In this document: positions 22,155 to 32,048 of the stretch, in pieces
Numbering within the stretch: the first letter of the stretch is position 1
How the letters are laid out: each line of letters opens with the position of its first letter
Source: a virus
Lineage: Duplodnaviria; Caudoviricetes
Length of the DNA stretch: 32,048 bases
Reading direction: 5' to 3' (one strand)
Virus record (IMG/VR): IMGVR_UViG_3300038379_000201
Coordinates: 1 to 32,048 of that record
Notes under the pieces: generated by a model
Told to the model about the DNA's origin: nothing
Database searches by the model: none
The model's input: the letters and a program-made list of their open reading frames with translations, nothing else
Position numbers and translations under genes: made by a program

Positions 22155-23794
22155 CCGACGACAAGCGCGCCCGCCGTATTGCGCTGCTCAAGCGGTACCG
22201 GGAAGATTTTCCGACATTCGCAGAGCAGAACCTTAAAATACGCGACAAGGACGAGACTATTATTCCATTTCGGCTAAACCGGGCGCAGCGCTACGTCTTG
22301 GAGCAGTTTAACAAGCAGGAGGCGGCGACCGGAAAGGTTCGCGCACTTGTGCTGAAGGGACGCCAGCAAGGCATCTCGACTCTTGTCGAGGGCCTATACT
22401 ACTGGAAAACGTCGCTCAACAAAAACCGCGCGGCCTATATCCTTTCGCACGAACAGCCTTCCGCCGATAACCTCTTCGCGATGGTCGAGCGCTACCACCG
22501 ACTTAACCCTATTGCGCCGAACACGGGCTCCTCGAACGCCAAGGAGCTTTCTTTCGACGTCCTTGGAAGCCACTACACTGTCGCAACAGCGGGCACCAAG
22601 GCCGGCGGACGCGGCCGAACAGTATCGCTGTTTCACGGGTCCGAAGTGGCGTTGTGGCCGAACGCCAAAGACCACTTCGCCGCGTCAGTACAGGCTGTGC
22701 CGGACCGTCCCGGAACCATGGTCGTATTGGAGTCGACGGCGCACGGAGCCTCCGGCGAGTTCTACGAGCGCTGGTGCGACGCCGTACGCGGGTTTGACAG
22801 TTTTGGGAACAAGGTTGACTACATTCCGATATTTGTGCCGTGGTTTTGGGACGAGGGCTACGTGCGTCAAGTTGACGCAGATTTCGTGCTCGGAGCAGAG
22901 CCCGATGACACGGGTATCAGCGAGCAGGACTACGCTACGCTCTACGGGCTCTCCAATGAGCAGATGGCGTGGCGCCGAGCGAAGATCGCAGAACTCCGCG
23001 ACCCCGCCAAGTTTCGACAAGAATACCCCGCGACACCAAGCGAGGCGTTCGTCGCCTCTTCGGAAGATGCGTTCATCAAGCCGCACCTCGTCATCCGCGC
23101 CCGCAAGCGCCAAGGCGTCGAGGGGTACGGGCCGCTTATCATCGGCGCAGACCCGGCAGGCTCGGGCGGCGACCGCTTCGCGGTCGCTTTCCGGCGCGGC
23201 TTGAAGGTCGAGCGGGTTGAGTGGCGGGACAAGATAGACACCGTCACGGCGGCGCAGTGGCTTCGGTCGCTTGCGAAAGACCACAGGCCGGAGAGGCTGT
23301 ATGTCGACGCCGGCGGCATCGGTCACGCGGTCATCTCCATGCTGCGAACGTGGCCGGAGACCGAGCGCGTCGTCAGCGCTGTCAACTTCGGCGGCACGTC
23401 GGAGCACAAGCGCGCCAAGCCAAAGGTGCCGGGACCCAAGAATCGCCGGGCGGAGATGTGGCAGCGGCTCAAGGACTGGTTGGAGCTTGAAGAGGGCGTG
23501 GCCTTGCCCGACCTTGACGCGCTCTCGGCGGACCTTACGGCCCCCAAGATCAAGCCGACCATGACGAACGATTTGCTGCTGGAGTCCAAGGAGGAGATGA
23601 AGAAGCGGGGCGTCCGGTCGCCGGACCTCGCCGACGCTATTGCTTTGACGTTCGCGTCTATGCTCTATGTTCCGGCCGAGAAAGCGCCGCCGCCAGCTCC
23701 GCGGCCGTTTGTCGACGACACGAAATCACATGGCTTGGCCGACACTATGCGAAACACGTTTCGCCCCGGCACGCATAGCGGCTGGATGAATTGA
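22151..23794 (+). CDS. terL: terminase large subunit
   Basis: LKGRQQGIST, FHGSEVA, LESTA, IGADPAG, VDAGGIG, SPDLADA. Confidence 0.96.
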   Translation: MTDDKRARRIALLKRYREDFPTFAEQNLKIRDKDETIIPFRLNRAQRYVLEQFNKQEAATGKVRALVLKGRQQGISTLVEGLYYWKTSLNKNRAAYILSHEQPSADNLFAMVERYHRLNPIAPNTGSSNAKELSFDVLGSHYTVATAGTKAGGRGRTVSLFHGSEVALWPNAKDHFAASVQAVPDRPGTMVVLESTAHGASGEFYERWCDAVRGFDSFGNKVDYIPIFVPWFWDEGYVRQVDADFVLGAEPDDTGISEQDYATLYGLSNEQMAWRRAKIAELRDPAKFRQEYPATPSEAFVASSEDAFIKPHLVIRARKRQGVEGYGPLIIGADPAGSGGDRFAVAFRRGLKVERVEWRDKIDTVTAAQWLRSLAKDHRPERLYVDAGGIGHAVISMLRTWPETERVVSAVNFGGTSEHKRAKPKVPGPKNRRAEMWQRLKDWLELEEGVALPDLDALSADLTAPKIKPTMTNDLLLESKEEMKKRGVRSPDLADAIALTFASMLYVPAEKAPPPAPRPFVDDTKSHGLADTMRNTFRPGTHSGWMN

Positions 23795-24252
23795 TGACTC
23801 GCGCTAAAACACACTCTCTGCGAAAGTGTGTCGAGAAAATTTCTGTAGAGAACAGAAAAGACTGTATACCTTGGCCATTTAGGTCAAAAACGGTCGGTTA
23901 TGGCTGCCTTAACGTGGCTGGGCGCAGAGTCTACGCGCACCGTTACGTCTGTACCCTGCGGCACGGGCCGCCGCCCTCAGAAAATCTGCAAGCAGCCCAC
24001 CTGTGCGGGAACAGGGCCTGCTGCAACCCCCTTCATATAAGGTGGGCTACGCCGTCTGAAAACTGCCTTGATAAGTCCCTCCACGGCAAAGACAGTCGTG
24101 GAGAATCCAATCCAAAGTCCGTATTGACCGCAGACCAAGTGCGGGCTATAAGGGACGATCCACAACCACAAGCCGTCTTAGCAAAAGAGTACAGCGTGTC
24201 CGTGTCAGCCATAAACCGCATCAAGACGCGCAGCACTTGGAAGCACCTGTAA
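23794..24252 (+). mobile_element. free-standing HNH homing endonuclease
   Basis: YG...AHR...AAHLCGNRACCNPLHIRWAT..EN plus C-terminal HTH-like segment; lower GC. Confidence 0.9.
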
Positions 24253-26349
24253 GTGCAAGACAACTCGAACACTGTGGAGAAGGCGCGCAAGCCGAAAATG
24301 CCGGACGACTTCGCCGATGAGGCGGAATTTTTGTCGCACATCCGCAAGACCTACTCTGACGACGTCGGCGCAGACCTTGAGAACCGCCGCGAGGCGCTGG
24401 AAGACGCGCGCTTCGCCGCTGGCCGCCAGTGGGACGAGATCGTCTACAACAACAGGATTAACAACAACAAGCCCGCGCTCACCATCAATCGCATCGTCGC
24501 ATTCATCGCGCAGATCATCGGAAATGCGCGGATGAACGAGACGGACATCAAGATCATACCCGACCACACCGGCGACAAAGACGTTGCCCGTGTCCGCGAA
24601 GGTCTGATACGGAATATTCAGAAGACGTCGCACGCCAAACGCGCCTACGACGCCGCGTTTCAGAGTTGCGTCATCGGCGGCCTTGGTAACTTCAAGGTCG
24701 TGGTAGACTACGCCTCCGATGATGTCTTTGAGCAGGACATCAAGATCGAACCTATCTACGACGACCAAGCTGTCGCATGGGACCATACCGCCGTCGATCC
24801 GACCGGCGCGGACGCCCGACATGTCACGGTCACAGACAGTATGCCGCGGGCGCAGTTTGAAAAGATGTTCCCCGACGTTTCGCTGTCGAGTTTTGCAACA
24901 GACGGGGTCGACCCTAACGAGGCGTACCGAGACGGCTGGTGGAACATGAACGCGGTGCGCGTCGCCGAGTTCTACCGCGTACGCAGCCGCAAGCGCGTCA
25001 TTGCGCTCATGCAGGACAACCGCACGGTCGACGTAACTGATTTGCCTACGGAGGAATACATCGGGACGGTCGCTACGCGACCGGACGGGGCGCCTATTAT
25101 GCGCGAAACTCACGTCAAGTACGTCGAGATGTATGTAGTGTCCGGCGCAGCCGTGCTAGAGGGACCCTACGAGCTTCCGATCAAGCGGGTTCCTGTGTTT
25201 CGGGTTCCCGGATGGGAAATCAACACGGGCACCTACAAGACGCGGTTTGGCCTCGTCCGTTTTCTCCGAGACCCGCAGCGCCTACACAACTACTGGCGCT
25301 CGGTCATCGCTGAGAAGTTGATGCTGACGCCGAAGTCCATGTGGCTTGCGGGAAAGACGGCGATCAGCGGTTATGAGGACGCTTTCCGACGCGCGCACCT
25401 GTCAAACGACCCGCTCCTGACGTTTAATGACGAAGCCGCGCAGCCGCCGGTGCTTGTTCCGCCGGCGCAACTCGAAGCCGCGCTCATTAACGAGGCCGGC
25501 ATCGCCGCGCAAGACATCAAGGACGTCTCGAATCTGCACGAAGCCAGCCTCGGCCAAACCTCGAATGAGGTGAGCGGCAAGGCGATTATGGCGCGCCAGC
25601 GTGTCGGAGAGGTCGGCAGCGCCATCTACCAAGACAACATGAACATGGCGAAGGAAGAAGCGGGCCGCGTCATCAATGACCTCATCACTGTGGTCTACGA
25701 CACCCCGCGCGTCGTAAAGGTCCTTGGGGCCGACGACGAGATCAATTTCGACTTTGTCAAGATCAATTTCGACGACGATCCGGGCAGCGTCGACCTCACC
25801 GTTGGCAAGTACAACGTCACTGTGACGACCGGCCCGAGCTACGCCACCAAGCGCATTGAGGCCGCCGAGTCCATGATGGCGGCCGTCAACGCTATGCCAG
25901 ATGCGTTCAGCGTTGCCGCAGACCTCATCGCCGAGGCGCAGGACTGGCCGAAGGCAGACAAGATTGCCGCGCGGCTTCGTACGCGGATGCCGCCGGACAT
26001 TCTCGGCGAAGACGACCTTACGCCAGAGCAGCAGCAGCAACTGGCTGCTCAAGCGCAGGCCGCCGCAGAAGAGGCCGAGATTCAGCGCGCAACTATCGAA
26101 GCTGAGATTATCCTTAAACAAGCGGAAGCGCAGTTAAAGGTTGCGCAGGCGGAAGAAAGCAGGGCCCGCGCCGCCGCAACCGCCGCGTCCATTGATCGCG
26201 AGGACATCAAGGTTGAGGTGTCTGCGGACAAGGCCGCCGCAGATATTGAAAAGATCGAGGCGGAGATTGAGTCTATCAGCACCCGCGACCAGCTTCAAAC
26301 CATAGACGCTCTAACAGGAGAAAACAATGTCGGAGAAAAACGTAAGTAA
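24253..26349 (+). CDS. portal protein (P22-like)
   Basis: RFAAGRQW, PALTINRI, DPQRLHNYWRS, SGKAIMARQ, VGKYNVTVTTGPSYATKR, C-terminal coiled coil. Confidence 0.95.
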   Translation: MQDNSNTVEKARKPKMPDDFADEAEFLSHIRKTYSDDVGADLENRREALEDARFAAGRQWDEIVYNNRINNNKPALTINRIVAFIAQIIGNARMNETDIKIIPDHTGDKDVARVREGLIRNIQKTSHAKRAYDAAFQSCVIGGLGNFKVVVDYASDDVFEQDIKIEPIYDDQAVAWDHTAVDPTGADARHVTVTDSMPRAQFEKMFPDVSLSSFATDGVDPNEAYRDGWWNMNAVRVAEFYRVRSRKRVIALMQDNRTVDVTDLPTEEYIGTVATRPDGAPIMRETHVKYVEMYVVSGAAVLEGPYELPIKRVPVFRVPGWEINTGTYKTRFGLVRFLRDPQRLHNYWRSVIAEKLMLTPKSMWLAGKTAISGYEDAFRRAHLSNDPLLTFNDEAAQPPVLVPPAQLEAALINEAGIAAQDIKDVSNLHEASLGQTSNEVSGKAIMARQRVGEVGSAIYQDNMNMAKEEAGRVINDLITVVYDTPRVVKVLGADDEINFDFVKINFDDDPGSVDLTVGKYNVTVTTGPSYATKRIEAAESMMAAVNAMPDAFSVAADLIAEAQDWPKADKIAARLRTRMPPDILGEDDLTPEQQQQLAAQAQAAAEEAEIQRATIEAEIILKQAEAQLKVAQAEESRARAAATAASIDREDIKVEVSADKAAADIEKIEAEIESISTRDQLQTIDALTGENNVGEKRK

Positions 26350-27274
26350 CGCGACGGACGGCGTGGTCGAAGCGGCAAAAGACCCTTTTGAGGGCTTTAT
26401 TGTCGAGTCGTCCCATGACAAGGGAGAGGAAGGCGCTCCTGCACAGGAGCAGACGGCATCCAAAGAGGCTGAAAAGGCTTCTGTTGCGCCCGACAAAGAG
26501 CAAGGCGCTGAAGACAACAAGAAGCCGGCCAAGAAAACCGTCGACGACCGTATAGCAGAAATTACGGCGAAGCGCCGCCAAGCGGAGCGCGAGGCAGCCG
26601 AGTCTGCCAAGAAGGTGTCGGACCTTGAGGCGCGCCTTGCCGCCTTGGAGAGCAAGAGGGCTTCTGACAGCGACCAGTTGACACAGCCGGCGGAGGGTGC
26701 TAAGCAGGACCCCTCGGCCCCCGACCCGTCTAAATTTGAGTACGGGGAAGTCGACCCGCGGTACGTCGCCGCGCTCGCGCGCTATGAGGCCAAACAAGAG
26801 TTGGCGGAAGAGCGCCGAAAGAACGACGAAGCTCGGCAAGCCGACGCCGCCGCTCGTGCAGAGCAAGAGATCGCGCAAAAACTAGACCTCCAAATTCGAA
26901 GAGGCTTGGAGAAGCACGATGACTTCGAGACTGCCCTTGCGGCGCTCGACGACATCGGAACCCCGATAACGGCCGAAGCAGCACAGCTTCTGGTTGAGTC
27001 GGAGTACGGCGCTGACCTCCTCTACTACTTCGGGAAGAACCTTGCAGAGGCCGAGGAGGTCGCCAAGAAATCGCCTATCGAGCAGGCGCGACATATCGGA
27101 AAGCTCGAAGCGCGTTTTTCGGCGGAAGCCGACAAGGCGACAGATAAAAAGCCCGAAGCAAAGGTCTCCAAGGCGCCAACCCCGCCAGAGACCAGAGTCA
27201 GAGGGTCAAACGGGCAGTTTCGCGTCTCGCCCGACACGACCGACTTCGCCGCCTTTGACGCGGCATACAACTAA
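26327..27274 (+). CDS. scaffolding protein
   Basis: Acidic/helical, between portal and coat; AGGAG RBS. Confidence 0.85.
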   Translation: MSEKNVSNATDGVVEAAKDPFEGFIVESSHDKGEEGAPAQEQTASKEAEKASVAPDKEQGAEDNKKPAKKTVDDRIAEITAKRRQAEREAAESAKKVSDLEARLAALESKRASDSDQLTQPAEGAKQDPSAPDPSKFEYGEVDPRYVAALARYEAKQELAEERRKNDEARQADAAARAEQEIAQKLDLQIRRGLEKHDDFETALAALDDIGTPITAEAAQLLVESEYGADLLYYFGKNLAEAEEVAKKSPIEQARHIGKLEARFSAEADKATDKKPEAKVSKAPTPPETRVRGSNGQFRVSPDTTDFAAFDAAYN

Positions 27275-27317
27275 GGGCTGAGGCAATCCCGCGTTAGCCC
27301 GTACCTAAGAGGATACG

Positions 27318-28592
27318 ATGGCTAACGTTTATAAGCTTACGAACCAAGTAGCGGCCAACGCGCTGCTCAAACTGTTGAAAAACAACATGGTTTGGGCGAA
27401 AAACGTCTCGACCCGGTACTCCGAGCAGTTCGGGAACCAAAAGATGTCGATTGGTTCGTCTTTTTCAATTCGGCGTCCCAACGAGTTTGTCGTTTCTGAC
27501 GGCGCGACGTTTGTTAACCAAGACGTTGTCAGCGGATCAGCGCAAGTCGTAATCGACAAACAGAAACACATCGCCATCACGTGGCAGCCGACCGACCAGC
27601 CCCTCAACGCTGATAACCTGCTCCGCGACTCCGTCCTCAACGGAAAAATGGCGCAGCTCGCACAACAAATCGAGAGCGACATCGCCGCCAAGGCGCTAGA
27701 GTTCCACAACCTCACCGGAACTTTGGGCCAGACCGTCAACTCGTCTGCCGACTTTTTCAAGGGACCGCAGATGATGGACGAGCTTGCAATCCCGGTGTCT
27801 GACCGCGTCGGCATCCTTCCCCCGGCCGACTTCTACGCCACGGCGTCGTCTTTCGCGACCCCGACGTACTTTGGAAACCAGATCAATGACCGGGCGCTTA
27901 CGAACGTGCGCCTGCCGATGATCGGCAATATCCAGCCGTATATGGCGCAGACAATGTGTTCGTATACGACCGGCACCCGCGCCGACGCCCTCATTAACGG
28001 CGCTTCGCAAAACGTCAACTACGTCACGGTCAAGGACACCTACACGCAAACGCTGGTCATTGACTCGGCCGGCGCGGCCGGCGCGACGATCAACGCGGGC
28101 GACAGCTTCACGATTGCGGGCGTATTTCGTATCAACCCACGCACTAAGCAGGCGTACAACGACCTTCAAGTCTTTACGGTTCTGTCTGCCACAACTACGG
28201 CGGGCGGCGGCGAAGACGCCACGGTGACTATCTCGCCCCCGATCATCGTTCCCTCGGGCGCGGACGAGACACTGCGTCTGAACACGGCTTACCAGACGGT
28301 GTCCGCGGCGCCGGCGGACGATGCCGTCGTTACGTGGCTCGGCTCGGCGAACACCTCCTACAGCCTGCCGATCCTGTACCACAAGGACGCTATCCAGCTG
28401 TGCTTTGTGCCGCCTACCCGACCGGATACCGGCGAGTACTCTTTTGCCACTGACCCTGAAACCGGCGTCACTCTTCGTACGTGGGCGTTCTCTGACGGCC
28501 TCACGGACATCCACCGCGTCCGCTGCGACGTCATGTACGGCATCACGAACTACGACCGCCGGCTTGGCGTGAAGCTGCTCGGTACCGCGTAA
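27318..28592 (+). CDS. major capsid protein (P22 gp5-like)
   Basis: IGSSFSIRRP, AGDSFTIAGV, YHKDAIQL, RCDVMYG. Confidence 0.93.
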   Translation: MANVYKLTNQVAANALLKLLKNNMVWAKNVSTRYSEQFGNQKMSIGSSFSIRRPNEFVVSDGATFVNQDVVSGSAQVVIDKQKHIAITWQPTDQPLNADNLLRDSVLNGKMAQLAQQIESDIAAKALEFHNLTGTLGQTVNSSADFFKGPQMMDELAIPVSDRVGILPPADFYATASSFATPTYFGNQINDRALTNVRLPMIGNIQPYMAQTMCSYTTGTRADALINGASQNVNYVTVKDTYTQTLVIDSAGAAGATINAGDSFTIAGVFRINPRTKQAYNDLQVFTVLSATTTAGGGEDATVTISPPIIVPSGADETLRLNTAYQTVSAAPADDAVVTWLGSANTSYSLPILYHKDAIQLCFVPPTRPDTGEYSFATDPETGVTLRTWAFSDGLTDIHRVRCDVMYGITNYDRRLGVKLLGTA

Positions 28593-28625
28593 TAGTCGTC
28601 GGGCCTCTCCTCCTGACGAACCCCG

Positions 28626-28664
28626 GAGCCCGCCCCGAGCGCATCGTGGGCGGGCTCTTTCTTT
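28626..28664 (+). terminator. intrinsic terminator after coat gene
   Basis: GAGCCCGCCC / GGGCGGGCTC 10-bp stem followed by TTTCTTT. Confidence 0.8.
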
Positions 28665-28692
28665 ACATATAACATTGTGATAAGGTGACAGC

Positions 28693-29451
28693 ATGGCTAC
28701 CGCTCAAACGATCATTCAGCGCGCAATGCGCCAAGAAAACCTTGTCAATGTCGGAGGGGCGCCGACAACGGACGAGCAGACAGAGGCGCTTGCCCTTCTT
28801 AACTCTTTAATTCAGCAAATTGTTGGGTTTGAGCTTGGCGAATTGCTGGCCGACTGGCAGGTCCCGTTGTCTTACACAGATCCCAACCAGATGCAGAACC
28901 CTCGGGACCCCTACGGAGCCAACGCCGTAACTCCCTACTTCCTGTCCCCTCCGATCAACACCCGCATTTTGGCTACGATTACGTCGGCTACAACTATTTA
29001 CCTGCCCCAGTATCCCAACGACGGGTCCCGCATCTCCGTCGTAGACACGGGGTCTGCAAACACGGCGCTTACGCTTGACGGTAATGGGCGCATGGTTGAC
29101 GGGGCGGCGACGCTCTTGCTTGACCTCAGCGCCGACGTCCCGGCGGAGTGGATCTATCGCGCAGACCTCGGAGATTGGCGGCAGTATACCGACCTTACCA
29201 TTACAGATAACAGCCCCTTCCCGGACAAGTACGACATGATGCTTGTTTGCGGCCTTGCTATATGGCTGGCCCCGAGGTACGGCGTCGTGCCTAGCGACGT
29301 CACAGCCGCTATTGCGGCAGACTTGCGGGCGAAGTTTCGTGCCCAATATAAGCAGTATACAGAGACGCCCCCGACCTATAGCCTTTCGGAGGTGCAAAGT
29401 TATCGGCTTCGCGGCGTGTTCGGCAGCGGCGTAAACTTCTACAATGGCTGA
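28693..29451 (+). CDS. head-tail adaptor (P22 gp4-like) with internal insertion
   Basis: TAQTIIQRAM..ALALLNSL at the N-terminus, FPDKY..LAIWLAPRYG at the C-terminus; position after coat. Confidence 0.8.
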   Translation: MATAQTIIQRAMRQENLVNVGGAPTTDEQTEALALLNSLIQQIVGFELGELLADWQVPLSYTDPNQMQNPRDPYGANAVTPYFLSPPINTRILATITSATTIYLPQYPNDGSRISVVDTGSANTALTLDGNGRMVDGAATLLLDLSADVPAEWIYRADLGDWRQYTDLTITDNSPFPDKYDMMLVCGLAIWLAPRYGVVPSDVTAAIAADLRAKFRAQYKQYTETPPTYSLSEVQSYRLRGVFGSGVNFYNG

Positions 29452-31048
29452 TCCCGTTAATCTGCCGCTCGGCCGCGGAGCGTATAAGCGCACCTCTGGT
29501 CGCGAGCCAGAGATCAAGCTGATTAACCGCTACTTCGAGGAAAGCCCCACCAATTTTGAAAACGGGGCTGCGCTTATTACGCGCCCAGGAACGGCGCTGC
29601 TGAAAGAGATTGGCGCGGGTAGGATACGCAACACGTGGGCCCAAAGCGGAACGTTTGAGAACGCGCTCTTTGTCGTTTCCGGCGACGAGTTCTATCGCCT
29701 TAACACCGACTTGTCTCTTGAGGCGATTGACGGCACTGTTGCGGGCGACGGGTCCCCAGAGATTGACGGAACACGTGACATCGTATTTGTCGCAGACGGA
29801 GCCAACCTTCAGTACTACTCGGGGTCTGGGGCCGCTGCTTCTGGAACTTTGACGCTGACAGGGAACGCTGCCAACAACGAGACTGTGACCATTGGGACGC
29901 AGGTCTACACGTGGAAGACGGCGCTGACTGCGCCGAACGCTGTTGACGAGGTGCTCATTGGCGCGAGTGCGTCAGCGTCCATCGACAACCTCATTGCGGC
30001 GATCAACGACGGTCCCGGCGGCTTTAATGCCGGGGTGCTTTACGGCTCTGGCACAGAGATCAATCTTGATGTTATTGCGTCCGCCGGAGCCGGCGATACG
30101 ATGGACGTCGACGCCAAGGTCAACGGCACTGCCGGAAACTCCGTCGCGACAACCGAGACAATGGCGAACGGCTCGTGGGGCGGAGCCACGCTCTCAGGCG
30201 GGACTACGGGCAAGGCGACTGGAACTTTGACGCTGACAGGGAACGCGGCCAACAACGAAACCGTGACCATTGGGACGGTCGTTTACACGTGGAAGACGGC
30301 GCTGACCGTCCCGGCCGTCGCTTATGAGGTGCTCGTCGGCGCGACCGCGTCGGACAGCCTCGACAACCTTATTGCTGCTATCAACGCGGCGGCGGGGGAC
30401 GGGACGCTTTACGGCACAGGGACGGAATATCACCCGGACGTCGCCGCCTCTGCTGGGGCGGGCGACACGATGATTGCGACGGCGCGCGCAGGCGGCTCAG
30501 CCTACAACTCTATCGCCACCACAGAGACCATGACCAACGGCTCGTGGGGCGGGGCGACTCTTTCCGGCGGCTCCAATGCGACGCTTAGGACAATCACCAC
30601 CCCGGACAACCAACCCGTCGTCAGCATAGGCGTCTTGGGCGGCTACGTGATTCTTGTCATCTCAAACTCGGACGTCTGGTACTATATCGAACCAAATGGC
30701 CTTACGGTCGACCCGTTCAACTTTTACACCGCAGAAACTAAGCCCGACGAGCTTGACAACGTCCGCATACGCGGAGATCAGGCGTGGCTCTTTGGTAAAG
30801 AGACCACGGAAGTCTGGTACCTCAACGGCCGCGGAGACCCGGACGACCCGTTTGACCGGGCGCAGCAGCGCGCCTTTTCTCGCGGCGTGTTTGAGGGGAC
30901 GCCCGCCACGCTTAACGACGCTGTCATGGTTGTCGGCGACGACCTTGTTGTGTATGAGGTTGTGGACGGGCCGCGCCGCATAAGCACGCACGGGATTGAG
31001 GAGCTTGTTCGTCGCGCCGCAGAAGAACTTAGGAGAATTTCTCCGTGA
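29444..31048 (+). CDS. tail nozzle / DNA stabilisation protein (P22 gp10-like) with two inserted repeat domains
   Basis: LINRYFE, PGTALL, FYTAETKPD, WLFGKETTEVW, RISTHGIE. Confidence 0.8.
   Translation: MADPVNLPLGRGAYKRTSGREPEIKLINRYFEESPTNFENGAALITRPGTALLKEIGAGRIRNTWAQSGTFENALFVVSGDEFYRLNTDLSLEAIDGTVAGDGSPEIDGTRDIVFVADGANLQYYSGSGAAASGTLTLTGNAANNETVTIGTQVYTWKTALTAPNAVDEVLIGASASASIDNLIAAINDGPGGFNAGVLYGSGTEINLDVIASAGAGDTMDVDAKVNGTAGNSVATTETMANGSWGGATLSGGTTGKATGTLTLTGNAANNETVTIGTVVYTWKTALTVPAVAYEVLVGATASDSLDNLIAAINAAAGDGTLYGTGTEYHPDVAASAGAGDTMIATARAGGSAYNSIATTETMTNGSWGGATLSGGSNATLRTITTPDNQPVVSIGVLGGYVILVISNSDVWYYIEPNGLTVDPFNFYTAETKPDELDNVRIRGDQAWLFGKETTEVWYLNGRGDPDDPFDRAQQRAFSRGVFEGTPATLNDAVMVVGDDLVVYEVVDGPRRISTHGIEELVRRAAEELRRISP
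29841..30571. repeat. two ~360-bp imperfect direct repeats
   Basis: 29841-30202 and 30219-30571, both starting CTGGAACTTTGACGCTGACAGGGAACGC. Confidence 0.92.
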
Positions 31049-32048
31049 CGACTTTCGACGCCGGCGGGCTGACAATTTCCCCATCTTTTGTTCGCGAAAT
31101 TCGCGACGTAGACGACGGGAAGATTTTGCACACCTCCTCGAACGCCTACATTATCACAGGCGAGGACGGGAACCAGTATGTCGTGTCTGGCCGGTCTGGC
31201 GGAACGCTTAGGCTCATTTTGACCCGAGTTGACACGGGCGTTGACGTCTGGTCTCTTACGCCCGCCCAAGCCAACACAGACTCAACCGCTATAGGCGTCA
31301 ACCCACCCGGCGGGTGGCGCAACGCGAGCCTTGAGCTTGGCTTCGCCGGAGCCATCCCGGAAACGCCGTATTTCATTGCGTTTGTCAGCGCCGCAGCCGG
31401 CACCTCTGTTGATCGCGGCTTTATCCTGTACAAAGTCAATGGCGCGGGAGCTGTCGTCGCCGTAGGCGGCTACGCCGGGCAAGAAGGCGGAACAAACGTA
31501 CAGTTTTCTCCCAGCCTGGGCGCGATGACGTGCCTTGGGTTTCTTCCTACAAACGGCTTCCTCGGCTCTAACAATACTATACCGTACAGATATCCTTCCG
31601 TGTTTGGTTATACGGGAGAAAGCCGCTCAACCATCATCGTTCTTCCGTCGATCAATCAGATTCTTGCGCAAACGCCGATGACAGAGACTTTACCAAAGTC
31701 TCCCGGCTCGTGGTACTCCAAAGAGACGAGACTTTCTGACGCCGGCTTAGGCGCTAATGCGTGGCTTACAGAAGACCTCTACAAGGGCGTCGAGCAGCGC
31801 GCCCGCGCGTTTGTTGTTCCCACGGCAGACGCATCTGCGCTTGCCTGCACTATGTGGTTTACGGAAGACCTTGAACAGTACGCGGCCGGAACGCCCGCCG
31901 TTGCAAACGCTTTTTTGACTACTAACGCCCCAACGTATGTGACGGGCCTTGTTACTGCTGTGGAGGTGGAAACCACGGCGGACTCTACTATATTCGGCTT
32001 TACCCCAAGCCTGACGTCTACGACGACAAGCGTAAACAACACCATCCA
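31045..32048 (+). CDS. putative tail protein, 3'-partial
   Basis: Not in ORF track. AGGAG RBS, GTGA overlap; MTTFDAGGLTISPSFVREIRD... open for 334 codons to the window end. Confidence 0.8.
   Translation, partial: MTTFDAGGLTISPSFVREIRDVDDGKILHTSSNAYIITGEDGNQYVVSGRSGGTLRLILTRVDTGVDVWSLTPAQANTDSTAIGVNPPGGWRNASLELGFAGAIPETPYFIAFVSAAAGTSVDRGFILYKVNGAGAVVAVGGYAGQEGGTNVQFSPSLGAMTCLGFLPTNGFLGSNNTIPYRYPSVFGYTGESRSTIIVLPSINQILAQTPMTETLPKSPGSWYSKETRLSDAGLGANAWLTEDLYKGVEQRARAFVVPTADASALACTMWFTEDLEQYAAGTPAVANAFLTTNAPTYVTGLVTAVEVETTADSTIFGFTPSLTSTTTSVNNTI

Noticed and set aside
23791-24252. Group I intron containing the HNH
   Set aside because: terL and portal look complete and abut the HNH ORF directly, leaving no room for intron core sequence.

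Overview
A GC-rich tailed-phage genome segment, most likely a podovirus with a P22-like head. An alphaproteobacterial host is suggested only by indirect clues. Two divergent blocks are separated by a ~680-bp non-coding region (19770-20450). The minus-strand block reads from 19714 down to 1. It has small early genes, three beta-helix repeat proteins, a C5 methyltransferase, primase-helicase, a mini-DnaJ, an SSB-like protein, PolA, a Cas4-like nuclease, VRR-NUC and an SNF2 helicase. It then continues, unusually, into a tail-fibre / SGNH-esterase / holin / spanin cassette. The plus-strand block (20450 to the end) has an HExxH metalloprotein, TerS, TerL, an HNH endonuclease, portal, scaffold, coat, adaptor and gp10-like tail proteins. 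No integrase, endolysin, tRNA or CRISPR array was seen. Notable signals: (1) a complete type II hammerhead ribozyme with a pseudoknot and a U4C core variant, directly 5' of the RBS of the hexapeptide-repeat gene; (2) three beta-helix proteins built from shuffled N-cap, repeat and C-terminal modules; (3) a C5 MTase whose motif IX appears to be supplied by a nested alternative-frame ORF; (4) an out-of-frame DDEIPF tail behind the SSB-like gene; (5) an MT-A70 relic coupled to polA; (6) a nested in-frame gene in the helicase; (7) a VPLPA-CTERM-like protein. All family assignments come from motif recognition by eye, not database searches.
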